A stretch of 21,803 nt of DNA from Verrucomicrobiota bacterium (GCA_038209745.1 JBBQXJ010000080.1:1-21803); one strand, 5' to 3'; positions 8,337 to 18,618 are shown, counted from the first letter of the stretch. Numbers and translations are program-made. Notes: generated by a model from the letters alone, not told the origin.

Positions 8337-11300
8337 CTACTTGGCGTCGGCGGGGAGGGCGGTTTGGCCGGGGCGGCCGAGGTAGTAGATCAGGTCGCGG
8401 ACTTCCTGGTCCTTCAACCCATCCAGCAGGCCTTCCGGCATCATCGAGTTCTCGCTCTGGGTGCGGGAGGCGATTTCGTTGCGGGGAATGGTGACGAGCT
8501 CGTTGGCGGTTTGGAGCAGGACGGATTGGTCGCCCATGATCTTCAGGATGCCGGTCAACATGCGGCCGTCCTTGGTCTCGATCTCGGTCACGCGATATTC
8601 GTTCGGAATGACGGCGTTCGGGTCGACGACGTTTTCCAGGAGGTAGTTCAGGTCGCCACGATTGGAGCCGGTGATGTCGGGGCCGACCTTGCCGCCGGTG
8701 TCGAAGAGCGTGTGGCACTGGACGCAGACTCGGTTGAAGACGACGCGGCCGGAGGAGGCGTTGCCGGGCGTGCTGCCGCCGGCGTAATAGATCCCGCGAT
8801 ACTTCTCGATCTGCGCTTTCTTGTCGGCGCTGACCTCGCGGAAGTGTCCGAAGGCGGTCTCCAGAGCCTTCTGGATCTTCGGATCCTTCATGGCCCGGAG
8901 CTGGCGCAGGACGTCGGCGGTCACATCGGATTTGGCGACCTTGCCGGCTTCGAGGGCGGCGAGCAGCGGACGGGCGAAGGCGGAACGGGAAACGAGCGTG
9001 TTGAGCGCGTCGCGTTTCTCGCCGCCGGAGAAGGTGCCGTAGGCGTCGAGAATGGCGGTCGGGGTCGCGTCGTCGTCATAGGCGGCGAGGGCGCGCAGGG
9101 CCGGTCCGCGCACGGCGGTGTCGGTCAGGAGCGGGCGCAGCAACCCGGGCAAGGCGGTGTCGCGGGTGCCGAGGAGGGAATCGAGCGCGGCGCGGCGCTG
9201 CTCCGCCGGAGCCGCCGCGTCCGTGAGCGTCGCCTGCAAGCTGGTGAGAGCGCGTTGGCTGCCGAAGGTCAGGGAGAGCGTCTGGACGAGGGTGCGGAGT
9301 TCGGCCTGGGCGGCGTTGCCCAGGGCGGTTTCGACCGCGTCCCAACCGGTGGGCATGGTCACGCTGCGCTGGCCTTGAAGTGCGGCGGCGAGGCCGCGGA
9401 GCATCTCGATCTGCTGTGGCACGCTGGTCTCGGCGGCGATGCTGCGGGCGATCAAGGCGCGGGTCTCGGCCGAACCGATGCTGGCGATGCGGCGGGTGGT
9501 GAAGTTCAGCAGGCGCGGAATCTTGGTCTCGGCGGCGAGCGCGAGCATGGATGCGGGCTGTTCGCCGACAAGGGGCTCCAGCGCGAACCAATACATCAGC
9601 GGCAGATTATGGTCGTCCGCGTCTTCACCGTGGGCGAGGAGGGCTTTCACGAGATCGGTCCTGAGATCGACCGACCGGATCCGCTGGACGGTGGAGGCGA
9701 TGAACCGGCGGACGACGGGGGACGGATCGTTGCGGGCCATTTCGAGAAGATCGTTCATGGGATCGGCCCCGGCGTCCTGCAAGGCCGCGACGATGCGCTC
9801 GGTAACTGCGGGATCTTCGAATCCCACCTGGATCGCCCAACCGCGCAGCCATTCATCGGGGCTGGTCGCGGCGGTGGAGACGGCGTCGGCGTCCAGGTTG
9901 CCGGTCACGTCCAGGGCCCAGAGAGCGCGCAGAGCGGCGGCCGGTTCGCCGTCCCTCAATTCGCTGCGGAGCGCTTCGATGGCGGCGAGGCTGAGCTTCT
10001 TCTGCGCGGCGCGTTCCTGCAGGAGCTGCCGCGCGTGACGGCTGAAGAACTCGTTGCGGGAACCGACAAGCTTGGCGAGTTCGAGATCGGACTTGGCGGC
10101 GAGGTCGGGCCGGGTCGTCTTCTGGTCGTGGTAGACGATCTTGTAGATGCGGCCGTTGCTGCGGTCGTGGCCGTCTTCCCGGGTGTTGTGGCACTGGTTC
10201 TTGTCATACCAGTCGATGGTGTAGACCGAGCCGTCCTGGTCGTAGGTCTGGTTCAACGTCTGGGACCAGGTGTCGTTGAAGTTGAGGAAGTCCTTGCCGT
10301 GCTTGCCGACGAAGCCGGAGCCGGTGGGGACGGGGATGTCCATGTTGAACCGCTGGCCATGGATGTTCCCCATGAAGATCTTCCCTCGGTATTCGGCGGG
10401 CCAGCTTTCGCCCTGGTAGACCATCACGCCGGCGTGGGCATGGCCACCACCGGCCGCGTCGCTGCGGGCATTGCCGGCGTGGGGGCCGCCGGCGCCGGCC
10501 CAGTGGACGTGGTCGCCGTGCTGCTTGATGTCCTCGTAGATATAGGGGTTGACCGGCTTGCCGTCGTCCTGGCGCATGCGGGCGTTTTCCTCCGGGCCGA
10601 CCGCGAAGTGCTGGCCGCCTTGGCGCTCGATGCGGGCGCCCTGGATCATGTGCCAGAAGTGGGGAATGACGCACATCTCCGCGAAGAGCTGGCCGTGTTC
10701 GTCGAAGTCGATGCCCCAGGGATTGCTGCCGCCTTCGGTGAAGGTCTCGAAGACGTGGCGGGTCGGGTGGTAGCGCCAGACGCCGGCGTCGGTCCATTGA
10801 CGGTTCTTGGCCGGAGTGCCGGGTTTGCCCGGATTGCTGGGACAGAAGACGCCGTGACAGCCGTAGAGCCAACCGTCGGGACCCCAGGTGAAGGTGTTCA
10901 ACGTCTCGTGCGTGTCCGCGTTGTAGTTCCAGCCGTCGAGCAGGATCTGCGGATCACCGGAGGGTTTGGGCGCGTCGCCGTCGGTGAAGGGGACGAACAT
11001 CAGGTAGGGCGCGGCCCCGATCCAGACGCCGCCGAAGCCGACCTGCAATCCGCTGACGAGATTGAGGTGCTCCATGAAGACGGTCTTCTTGTCGAACTTG
11101 TGGTCGCCGTTGGTGTCCTCCAGCACGAGGATGCGGTCGGCCCCGCCGAAGATGTCCTTCAGTTGTTCCGGTGTGGGCTTCTCGGATGGATTGACCGGCA
11201 CGGGCGGATTGCCGTGGCGCTTGGGATAGGTGATGCCCTCGGCCACCCAGATCCGGCCGCGATGATCGAGGCAGAAGGCGATGGGTTGGACGACATCGGG

Positions 11301-11468
11301 TTCGGCGGCGAAGACGTTCATCTTGAACCCGGGCGGCAAGGTGGCCTTGTCGCAGGCGTCCTGCGGCGACAATCCGGCAAAGGGGACGATGTCGGACGGT
11401 GGGGCGTCGGCGGCGTGGAGGGAACTGGCGAGGGCAACGGTGAGGAACAGCGGGAAAAGAAGTTTCAT
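8337..11468 (-). CDS. PVC-type heme-binding CxxCH protein (putative dehydrogenase propeller + HEAT-like repeats + cytochrome c)
   Basis: Signal peptide; LPPGFKMNVFAAEPDVVQPIAFCLDHRGRIWVAE; DTNGD; WGPDGWLYG; NPWGIDFD; Ala/Leu-rich helical repeats; CVQCH, VGPDIT, VDPNAVI and SMMPEGL with the axial Met. Confidence 0.92.
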   Translation of the reverse strand: MKLLFPLFLTVALASSLHAADAPPSDIVPFAGLSPQDACDKATLPPGFKMNVFAAEPDVVQPIAFCLDHRGRIWVAEGITYPKRHGNPPVPVNPSEKPTPEQLKDIFGGADRILVLEDTNGDHKFDKKTVFMEHLNLVSGLQVGFGGVWIGAAPYLMFVPFTDGDAPKPSGDPQILLDGWNYNADTHETLNTFTWGPDGWLYGCHGVFCPSNPGKPGTPAKNRQWTDAGVWRYHPTRHVFETFTEGGSNPWGIDFDEHGQLFAEMCVIPHFWHMIQGARIERQGGQHFAVGPEENARMRQDDGKPVNPYIYEDIKQHGDHVHWAGAGGPHAGNARSDAAGGGHAHAGVMVYQGESWPAEYRGKIFMGNIHGQRFNMDIPVPTGSGFVGKHGKDFLNFNDTWSQTLNQTYDQDGSVYTIDWYDKNQCHNTREDGHDRSNGRIYKIVYHDQKTTRPDLAAKSDLELAKLVGSRNEFFSRHARQLLQERAAQKKLSLAAIEALRSELRDGEPAAALRALWALDVTGNLDADAVSTAATSPDEWLRGWAIQVGFEDPAVTERIVAALQDAGADPMNDLLEMARNDPSPVVRRFIASTVQRIRSVDLRTDLVKALLAHGEDADDHNLPLMYWFALEPLVGEQPASMLALAAETKIPRLLNFTTRRIASIGSAETRALIARSIAAETSVPQQIEMLRGLAAALQGQRSVTMPTGWDAVETALGNAAQAELRTLVQTLSLTFGSQRALTSLQATLTDAAAPAEQRRAALDSLLGTRDTALPGLLRPLLTDTAVRGPALRALAAYDDDATPTAILDAYGTFSGGEKRDALNTLVSRSAFARPLLAALEAGKVAKSDVTADVLRQLRAMKDPKIQKALETAFGHFREVSADKKAQIEKYRGIYYAGGSTPGNASSGRVVFNRVCVQCHTLFDTGGKVGPDITGSNRGDLNYLLENVVDPNAVIPNEYRVTEIETKDGRMLTGILKIMGDQSVLLQTANELVTIPRNEIASRTQSENSMMPEGLLDGLKDQEVRDLIYYLGRPGQTALPADAK

Positions 11469-11498
11469 GATGAGCGACTCGAAGTGATCACGACGCCA

Positions 11499-11662
11499 GT
11501 TGACGGGAGGACGAACGTCGCCGGCACTGGCCGCGTCGCCGTTGTTCCTGCGTTTCGAAGGAACGGTTCAATGGCGACTCCGAACGGGTCCGGAGTCGCC
11601 AGAGACGCTGGGTTGATTGGAGAGGGCGCAACGACGGCCCGGCGGGAGCCTTCACCCTACCT
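11499..11662. repeat. Inverted-repeat element copy 2 (left arm degenerate)
   Basis: Right arm CGGCCCGGCGGGAGCCTTCACCCTACCT. Left end GTTGACGGGAGGACG...GGCCGCGTCGCCGTT resembles 8162 GTTGACGGTAGGGCG...GGCCGCGCCGCCGTT. Perfect 11-bp inner hairpin TGGCGACTCCG/CGGAGTCGCCA (11572-11601). Confidence 0.7.
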
Positions 11663-11681
11663 GTTGCCGGGTCGGACCGCA

Positions 11682-12983
11682 TCAATTCACCTTCTTCGGC
11701 TGCGCTTTCTGCCATTCGTCCTGCGACACGGTCTTGCGTTGCTGGAGATGGACGAAGACGCCGCGTTTGTTGCCCACGAGCACGTCGGGCAGGCCGTCTT
11801 TGTTGATGTCGCCGACGGTGACCTGGGTGCCGACTCCGGTGTCCTTGCTGATGAGATGGGGCACGAAGTCCACCGAATGGTTGGGCCCCCGCACCAGCTT
11901 GAACCAATAGAGCACGGGATCGGCGCCGGGATCCGCGTCACCATGGGAACCATGCGCCCAGAAGCGCTTGCCGGTGACGATGTCCTTCACGCCGTCGCCG
12001 TCCATGTCCACGACGTCCACCGCGTGGAGCTGGGAGAAGGCCACGCCGTAGGGGTTCTCGTTGGGCGACTTGTTCATGATGACGTGGGCCTTGAACTTGA
12101 TCGCGCCGTCTTCCCGGTATTGCTCATACCAGGCGAGGCCGTAGCCGTGGGCGGCGAGACTGGTGATCACGTCGTTCAGACCGTCGCCGTTCACGTCGTA
12201 GGCGAACATCTGGGAGCCGCCGGTGCCGAAGTTCTGGGCGTGGAATGTCCAGACGGGATCGCCGGCCAGCGAGGCGGGTTGTTCCCACCAGCCGTCTTTC
12301 TCGAGCAGGTCCATGCGGCCGTCGCCGTTGACGTCGCCCACTCCCATGCCGTGGGTGAAGCGCTGCCAGTCGCCCTTGGGGGTGATCGGGTGGAAGGTCC
12401 ACTTCGCCGCGGGATTCTTCCAATCGGGGCTGACGTAGCCGAAGTAGCCTCCGGAATTGCAGACGATCTCCGGTTTGCCGTCGCCGGTCAGATCGGTCCA
12501 GGTGGGGGATTCGTTGTCCACCACGTCGAAGACGATGTGGCGCTCCCAGTGCTTGTCCGCGCCGCCCTTGCCGGGATTCTCGAACCAGGAGGCGTCTTTG
12601 CCGGGGAACCCCAGCACGAGCACGTCGTCCCAGCCGTCGCCGTTGAAGTCGTGGGTGTAGCAGAAAAAGTTGTCCGAGTAGGTGTTCTCCTTGCCCAGCG
12701 CGCCTTCGAAGCCGGGAACCTTCACCTTGGTCATGGCGCCGAGGGCGAGTTCGAAGGTCGCGGCGGCGGGGTAGAACTCATGGCGGATCTTGAAGTCCGG
12801 CCCTTCCCACCAATACGGCCCGTAGACGATGTCGTTCACTCCGTCGTGGTTCAGGTCGCCGAAGGCCGCGCCCTCGGACCAGAACTGGTCGGTGAGCTGC
12901 TGGCGGGGAAATTCGAGCAAGACCGGATCGGCGGCGTGGCAGACGAAGGCGAGCAGGAGCGATCCTGTTAAAAGCTTGTTCAT
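11682..12983 (-). CDS. Secreted FG-GAP/VCBS repeat beta-propeller protein
   Basis: Signal peptide and seven DxNxDG-type Ca-binding blade motifs: DLNHDGVNDI, DFNGDGWDDV, DLTGDGKPEI, DVNGDGRMDL, DVNGDGLNDV, DMDGDGVKDI and DINKDGLPDV. Confidence 0.9.
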   Translation of the reverse strand: MNKLLTGSLLLAFVCHAADPVLLEFPRQQLTDQFWSEGAAFGDLNHDGVNDIVYGPYWWEGPDFKIRHEFYPAAATFELALGAMTKVKVPGFEGALGKENTYSDNFFCYTHDFNGDGWDDVLVLGFPGKDASWFENPGKGGADKHWERHIVFDVVDNESPTWTDLTGDGKPEIVCNSGGYFGYVSPDWKNPAAKWTFHPITPKGDWQRFTHGMGVGDVNGDGRMDLLEKDGWWEQPASLAGDPVWTFHAQNFGTGGSQMFAYDVNGDGLNDVITSLAAHGYGLAWYEQYREDGAIKFKAHVIMNKSPNENPYGVAFSQLHAVDVVDMDGDGVKDIVTGKRFWAHGSHGDADPGADPVLYWFKLVRGPNHSVDFVPHLISKDTGVGTQVTVGDINKDGLPDVLVGNKRGVFVHLQQRKTVSQDEWQKAQPKKVN

Positions 12984-13109
12984 GCGAGTGGTTGGTTTCA
13001 GGCCTGATTACGACGACGAAGGCCAAGAAGCAATTCACCACTGTCGACACCCCCGAAATAGGTCGAGACCGCGTTTGCCACTTTTCGCCGCCATGCTTAC
13101 CTCTGCGAC

Positions 13110-15914
13110 GTGATTTCCACGTTAGAGCCCAGCGCCCCCGACGACGCCATTTCCATCCATGGCGCCCGAGAGCACAACCTGAAGAACATCTCCCTGCGCA
13201 TCCCGCGCGGGCAGTTCGTCGTCATCACCGGGGTCAGCGGATCCGGCAAGAGCACCTTGGCCTTCGACCTGTTGTTCGCCGAGGGTCAGCGGCGGTTCCT
13301 CGACGCCATGAGCGCCTATGCCCGGCAGTTCGTGGAGCAGATGTCGCGGCCGGACGTGGATCTGATCACCGGCATTCCACCGACCGTCAGCATCGAGCAG
13401 CGGACCTCCCGTGGCGGCGGCAAGAGCACCGTGGCGACCGTGACGGAGATCTATCATTTCCTGAGGCTGATCTTTGCGAAGCTGGGCACGACCTATTGTC
13501 CGGACTGCCAATTGCCGGTGGAAGGGCGGACCCGTGACCAGGTGGGCGCGGGGTTGCTGGAAGAGGTGGAGTCCCGGGGCGATCTCCTGCTGCTGGCGCC
13601 GGTCGTCCGGGGGCGGAAGGGCTTTCATTCGGACGTGGCGGCTTGGGCGGCCAAGCACGGCTACGCGGAGGTCCGGGCCGATGGGAAGATCTGCCGCACG
13701 GACGAGCCGTTCCGGCTGGATCGTTTCAAGGAGCACGATGTGGAGATCGTCGTCGGAGTGCTGGAGGGCGCGAGGCGGGGCCGCAAGCCGGCTGCGGCGA
13801 AGGCTCCGAACAGTGCCGGCAAGGCCCCCCAGCAAGTGGTCGACGAAGGGTTGAAGATCGGGCAGGGGACGCTGCTGGCCTTGGATCGCAAGGGGAAGGC
13901 GACGGTGCATTCGACCGAGCGGACTTGTCCGAAGTGCGCCAAGGCCTATGCGCCGCTGGACCCGAAGAATTTCAGCTACAACTCCGCCGGCGGTTGGTGT
14001 CCGAAATGCCGGGGGTTTGGCGAGCTCTTCGAATTGCCGGACGTGGAGCGGGGTGCTCGTGCGGGCGCCATCGAGGAGTCTTGGTTCGGCTGGACCGAAG
14101 GAGAGCATGAGGAATGTCCGGAATGCCATGGGGCGCGGCTGAACCCGGTGGCGCGGGCGGTGCGGCTGAAGGTAGCCGCCGACGTCAGGAGGCGGAGTGC
14201 CCCGAAGCCGGATGTCTCCGGCGGCCTCCTCACGTCGTCGGCTGCTGGGCAGCCGACGATCGACTTCTTCGCCCAGTGTTCGGTGGACGAGGCCTTCGCG
14301 TGGTTTGAGCGCTGCACTTTGGCGGGTCGTGCGGCGGAGATCGCCCGCGACATTCTGCCGGAGATCCGGGAGCGGCTGAAGTTTCTCCGCGAAGTCGGAC
14401 TCGGCTACCTGCAGCTCGGCCGCAGCGTGACGACCTTGTCCGGCGGCGAGTCGCAGCGCATCCGTTTGGCGGCGCAGCTGGGCTCGAATCTCAGCGGCGT
14501 CCTCTACGTGCTGGACGAGCCCACGATCGGCCTGCATTCGCGCGACAACGAACAGCTCATCAAGGCGCTGACGATGCTGAAGAACCGGGGCAATTCCCTC
14601 TTCGTCGTCGAGCACGACGAAGAGACGATGATGGCCGCCGACTACGTGATCGATCTCGGTCCCGCCGCCGGGGTGAACGGCGGCGAAGTCGTGGCGGCGG
14701 GCACCTTGAAGCAGTTGCTGGCGAACAAGGGGTCGATCACGGGCAACAGCTTGAGGGAGGCGTCGAAGCGGACGTTTCCCAGTCGCGGGGAACGGCGCCC
14801 CGTAGACCGGGCCTCCCCTCCGGCACGGACCGCCAGGCCGAAGACGGCCGGGCAGGAGGTCCCGCCTACGCTGTCCCTGACGGGCGCGTCGGTGAACAAC
14901 CTCAAGGACGTGTCGGTGGAGATTCCGCTCAACCGCTTCGTGGTCGTCACCGGCGTGAGCGGTTCGGGCAAGAGCACCTTGATCAAGGAATGCCTGCTGC
15001 CCGCGCTGGAGGCCGCTTCCAGCAAAACCGGGAAGACAAAAAACAAGAAATCGTTCCGGGTCACGGGCCGGGAATTGATCCGCAACATCCATGAGGTCGA
15101 CCAGGCTCCGATTGGCCGGACGCCGCGCTCCACTCCCGCCACCTACGTCGGCTTCTTCAGCGATATCCGCGAACTGTTCGCCAAGGTGCCGGAGGCGCGG
15201 ATGCGCGGCTACACGGCGAGCCGGTTCTCGTTCAACAGCGCCGTGGGCCGTTGCCCGGTCTGTGAAGGCGCGGGACAGATCAAGCTGGAGATGAACTTCC
15301 TGCCGCCCGCCTTCGTTCGCTGCGAAGCCTGCGGCGGTGCGCGCTTCAATCGCGAGACGCTCGACGTGGAATATGCCGGCAAGAACATCGCGCAGGTGAT
15401 GGAGCTGAGCGTGGCCGAGGCCATCGGGTTCTTCTCCGTGTTCCAGCGGATCAAGCGGCCCCTGGAGGCGCTGCGCGACACCGGGCTCGACTATCTCAAG
15501 CTCGGCCAGACCAGCCCCACGCTCAGTGGCGGCGAAGCCCAGCGGATGAAGCTCGTCACGCATCTGCTCGGCGGGTTGAAGCCCGCACCGGACAAGCTGG
15601 GCGGCCGCAAGAGGGAGCTCGGCGATCTCTTCGTCCTCGAAGAGCCGACCATCGGGCTGCACATGTCGGACGTGCGCAAGCTGGTGGAGGTCCTCCAGCG
15701 GTTGGTCGACGCGGGCCATTCCGTCGTCGTCATCGAACACAACATGGACCTCGTCGCCGAAGCCGATTGGGTGATCGATCTCGGCCCGGAAGCCGGCGCG
15801 GCCGGCGGCGAACTGGTGGTGGTGGGAACGCCCGAAAAGGTGGCCGCCTGCAAGGCCTCGCACACCGGGCGGTTTCTCAGGAAGACCCTCGGTAGCTCTG
15901 GCGATTCGAGATAG
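13110..15914 (+). CDS. uvrA: Excinuclease ABC subunit UvrA variant (insertion domain apparently absent)
   Basis: [10 protein letters not shown], two GVSGSGKST Walker A motifs, [12 protein letters not shown] and [11 protein letters not shown] signatures, VLDEPT and VLEEPT Walker B motifs, CxxC zinc modules, [12 protein letters not shown]. The GTG start is uncertain. Confidence 0.93.
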   Translation: MISTLEPSAPDDAISIHGAREHNLKNISLRIPRGQFVVITGVSGSGKSTLAFDLLFAEGQRRFLDAMSAYARQFVEQMSRPDVDLITGIPPTVSIEQRTSRGGGKSTVATVTEIYHFLRLIFAKLGTTYCPDCQLPVEGRTRDQVGAGLLEEVESRGDLLLLAPVVRGRKGFHSDVAAWAAKHGYAEVRADGKICRTDEPFRLDRFKEHDVEIVVGVLEGARRGRKPAAAKAPNSAGKAPQQVVDEGLKIGQGTLLALDRKGKATVHSTERTCPKCAKAYAPLDPKNFSYNSAGGWCPKCRGFGELFELPDVERGARAGAIEESWFGWTEGEHEECPECHGARLNPVARAVRLKVAADVRRRSAPKPDVSGGLLTSSAAGQPTIDFFAQCSVDEAFAWFERCTLAGRAAEIARDILPEIRERLKFLREVGLGYLQLGRSVTTLSGGESQRIRLAAQLGSNLSGVLYVLDEPTIGLHSRDNEQLIKALTMLKNRGNSLFVVEHDEETMMAADYVIDLGPAAGVNGGEVVAAGTLKQLLANKGSITGNSLREASKRTFPSRGERRPVDRASPPARTARPKTAGQEVPPTLSLTGASVNNLKDVSVEIPLNRFVVVTGVSGSGKSTLIKECLLPALEAASSKTGKTKNKKSFRVTGRELIRNIHEVDQAPIGRTPRSTPATYVGFFSDIRELFAKVPEARMRGYTASRFSFNSAVGRCPVCEGAGQIKLEMNFLPPAFVRCEACGGARFNRETLDVEYAGKNIAQVMELSVAEAIGFFSVFQRIKRPLEALRDTGLDYLKLGQTSPTLSGGEAQRMKLVTHLLGGLKPAPDKLGGRKRELGDLFVLEEPTIGLHMSDVRKLVEVLQRLVDAGHSVVVIEHNMDLVAEADWVIDLGPEAGAAGGELVVVGTPEKVAACKASHTGRFLRKTLGSSGDSR
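14172..14245. repeat. GTAG-type palindromic element inside the uvrA reading frame
   Basis: GTAGCCGCCGACGTCAGGAGGC (14172-14193) and GCCTCCTCACGTCGTCGGCTGC (14224-14245) are inverted at 19/22. Translated as [25 protein letters not shown]. Confidence 0.8.
14802..14869. repeat. Second GTAG...CTAC palindromic element inside the uvrA reading frame
   Basis: GTAGACCGGGCCTCCCCTCCGGC (14802-14824) and GCCGGGCAGGAGGTCCCGCCTAC (14847-14869) are inverted at 17/23. Translated as [23 protein letters not shown]. Confidence 0.6.
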
Positions 15915-15930
15915 GCGGGCTGTGGCCGCT

Positions 15931-17304
15931 TCAAGGGATCAGCACCGCCCGAAAGATTCCTTGCGGAGAGTCCGGGACCGGAAAGATCGCCTGCGTCAAT
16001 GGATCGACCGTCGTGACCGGCGGGCCGACTGGCATCCAGTCGCTCGCTTCGATGGTTGGCTTGGACTGGATCTGGTAACTCCCGTGCGTGAATGAACGCC
16101 ACGCCAGAGTCACCTTGCCTCCGGCAATGGCGACGGACTCCATCGCCGGGGTCTGGGCCACGCGGTAGAGGGTTCCTCCGTTGAACGGGGACTCGTTCAT
16201 GACATCCGCCGTGGCCCCGTAGAGATAGCCGTCCGACGCCAGCATCATGCCCGTGATCGGACGCAGACCGTTCGTTCCGTCGAACCGCGTTACGATGGAA
16301 AGCACGCCGTCCAGGCTCAGTCTGAAGATGGACCCGTTGGTGTCATGGATATGATCGAAGCTACCCCAAGTCGTCCCGTAGAGCGCTCCGTCGCCGCCTC
16401 GGACCACTCCCGAGCTGGGGCCGGCGGCATCGGTCCCTTTGAAGGAATAGAGCGTTTGGAGGGCGCCGTCCTCTGAGAGGTGGAAGATGGTCCCAAAGCC
16501 CCCGACGCCTCCGATCGTGGTCGTGCTGACAAAGCCCCCGAAAGGATCACGCGACAAAGCCGTGGGACCGTTTCCATTCGTCCCCGTGAATCGCGCCAGC
16601 ACCGAAAAGAGCCCATTGGTCGTTGTTCGGAAGGCCGTGCCAGACCTCGTCGTGCCATACAGCGCACCGTCCGTTCCTTCCGTCAGTCCCACAGGCCAAG
16701 AACCATCCGGGCCGCCGAACGAATGCAGCTGGACCATCGCCCCGTTGGTTGAAATCTGGAACAAGGTGCCGCTCGCATCGCTGTTACTCCCAAAGAAGGT
16801 AACCCCATACATTGTTCCGTCGGCTCCGAACACAAGCGGCCCGAACGGGGTCGCGGAATTTGTGGCATTGAAACAGAAGAGCGTGTCCATCTGGCCGGTC
16901 AGACTGACGCGGAACACGGTGCCGGGCCCGGGGTTCAAGTTCGGTGGATCTCCCGAATAGCCGATCCCTCCCGCCTCCGTCACGCCATACAGGTTCCCGT
17001 CGGGACCCTGCACGAGCCCGCCGTCCGGCAAGAAGCCGTTCGTGCCGTCGAAGGTTGCGATCACCTCGACCCCGGTATCGGGACGGAACCGGAAGACGGT
17101 CCCGCAGTTGAAGGGTCCGCCGAAGAGGCTGGTGCCGTAGAACACCCCTGGTTCCACCTCCAGCAACCGGCAGCCCGGCAGACGCGGCTCGTTGGGGGAC
17201 GAGGGAAAGGTGTGCAGCAGTTGGAAGGCTCCGTCGGCCCGCCCTCGCGGAGCCGCCAGCACCAGCAGAACCGCCGCAATGAATTGGAAAAGTCCCCGCG
17301 TCAT
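15931..17304 (-). CDS. Secreted GloVer-type (choice-of-anchor) tandem-repeat protein with C-terminal Verrucomicrobia-type beta domain
   Basis: About 7 repeats of F.G.NG..P...L..G.DG.LYG.T..GG....GTVF; signal peptide from MTRGLFQF (17304); C-terminal TLAW.S...SYQIQ...W...IFR. Confidence 0.85.
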   Translation of the reverse strand: MTRGLFQFIAAVLLVLAAPRGRADGAFQLLHTFPSSPNEPRLPGCRLLEVEPGVFYGTSLFGGPFNCGTVFRFRPDTGVEVIATFDGTNGFLPDGGLVQGPDGNLYGVTEAGGIGYSGDPPNLNPGPGTVFRVSLTGQMDTLFCFNATNSATPFGPLVFGADGTMYGVTFFGSNSDASGTLFQISTNGAMVQLHSFGGPDGSWPVGLTEGTDGALYGTTRSGTAFRTTTNGLFSVLARFTGTNGNGPTALSRDPFGGFVSTTTIGGVGGFGTIFHLSEDGALQTLYSFKGTDAAGPSSGVVRGGDGALYGTTWGSFDHIHDTNGSIFRLSLDGVLSIVTRFDGTNGLRPITGMMLASDGYLYGATADVMNESPFNGGTLYRVAQTPAMESVAIAGGKVTLAWRSFTHGSYQIQSKPTIEASDWMPVGPPVTTVDPLTQAIFPVPDSPQGIFRAVLIP

Positions 17305-17485
17305 GAGGGGCGTATCGGCAGCATCGGCGGGCTGGTTTAGCCGGAAGGCCCGACACGGCGAATGCGGGGGACTCCTCCGGATCCGGCGTTGGGCCAAGCC
17401 GGCGATTGGGCGACCGGTTCAACGGGGGTTGCCCTGTCGACGGGTGCCGGGCATTTTCCTCTGCGACAACTGGATCCGCCGGGCC

Positions 17486-18067
17486 ATGACGACCGCCAAC
17501 AAGATCACCGTTCTCCGCATCCTGCTCATCCCGTTCTTCGTGACGGAGATGATCTACTACGCGCGCACGGGGGAAGAGCTGCATCGGCTGCTGGCCATCG
17601 TCAGCTTCGCCGTGGCGGCGATCAGCGACGGGATCGATGGCTACATCGCCCGGCGCTACAACCAGAAGAGCGAGCTGGGCGCGATCCTCGATCCGCTCGC
17701 GGACAAGCTTCTGCTGGTCTCCTCCATCGTCATCCTGAGCCTCGACAACAACGGCCGCCTTCCGCAGATCCCGTTCTGGGCCACGGCGGCCATCCTCAGC
17801 CGCGACATCCTCGTCACCATCGGTGTCGGCCTCGTGCACCACATCGTCGGCGACGTGAAGGTGCGGCCCCGGATCCTGGGCAAGCTGGGGACGGTCCTGC
17901 AGATGGTCATGGTCGTATGGGGCGTGCTGAAGTGGGACGAGATCTGGTTCGGACGTTGGTGCGCGGCGGCGGCGGTGGTCACGGTGGTGTCGGGGCTGCT
18001 CTACGTCTGGGACGGCATGAACCAGCTCGGCAAAAGCCCGAAGAGTTCGGCCACGACGGACCAGTAG
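17486..18067 (+). CDS. CDP-alcohol phosphatidyltransferase (PgsA/cardiolipin synthase-like)
   Basis: MTTANKITVLRILLIP and the signature DGIDGYIARRYNQKSELGAILDPLADK; several TM segments; 193 aa from the ATG at 17486. Confidence 0.93.
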   Translation: MTTANKITVLRILLIPFFVTEMIYYARTGEELHRLLAIVSFAVAAISDGIDGYIARRYNQKSELGAILDPLADKLLLVSSIVILSLDNNGRLPQIPFWATAAILSRDILVTIGVGLVHHIVGDVKVRPRILGKLGTVLQMVMVVWGVLKWDEIWFGRWCAAAAVVTVVSGLLYVWDGMNQLGKSPKSSATTDQ

Positions 18068-18119
18068 CATTCCCGGCAGTTGCGCGCGGCCCGGGGCTGC
18101 GTAGTTTTCGCCGCCATCT

Positions 18120-18614
18120 ATGCCGACCAAGACCACCAAACCCGCCCCGAAAGCCGCCAATCCTTTGGCCGAGGGAACCGTCGCCCCTGATTTCACCGCG
18201 CCGACCAATGGCGGCGGAACCGTTTCGCTTTCCGGACTGAAGGGGAAGCACGTCGTCCTCTTCTTCTACCCCAAGGACAACACGCCCGGCTGCACGAAGG
18301 AGGCCTGCTCGTTCCGCGATTCGTTCGCCGCGTTGAAGAAGAAGGGCGTCGTCGTGCTGGGAGTCAGCGTCGATTCCGTGAAGTCGCACGACAAGTTCGT
18401 GGAGAAGTTCGACCTGCCCTTCACCTTGGTCTCGGACGAGGACCACAAGATCGTCGAGGCCTACGGAGTCTGGGGCGAGAAGCTGTTCATGGGCCGACGT
18501 TTCATGGGCACGAACCGCATGACCTTCCTCATCGGACCGGACGGGAAGATCCGCAAGGTCTGGCCCAAGGTGAAACCGGAGGAACACGTCGCCGAAGTGC
18601 TGGCCGCTCTGTGA
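18120..18614 (+). CDS. bcp: Thioredoxin-dependent peroxiredoxin, BCP/PrxQ type
   Basis: [20 protein letters not shown] (peroxidatic and resolving Cys), [13 protein letters not shown] and YGVWGEK. Confidence 0.95.
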   Translation: MPTKTTKPAPKAANPLAEGTVAPDFTAPTNGGGTVSLSGLKGKHVVLFFYPKDNTPGCTKEACSFRDSFAALKKKGVVVLGVSVDSVKSHDKFVEKFDLPFTLVSDEDHKIVEAYGVWGEKLFMGRRFMGTNRMTFLIGPDGKIRKVWPKVKPEEHVAEVLAAL

Positions 18615-18618
18615 ACGT

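Noticed and set aside
8364..12971. 1535-aa + strand ORF (also 654-2168, 2165-4825, 4734-5852, 7140-8096, 13122-15863)
   Set aside because: Antisense shadows of well-supported genes; such long open frames are expected from high-GC codon usage and they carry no recognisable motifs.
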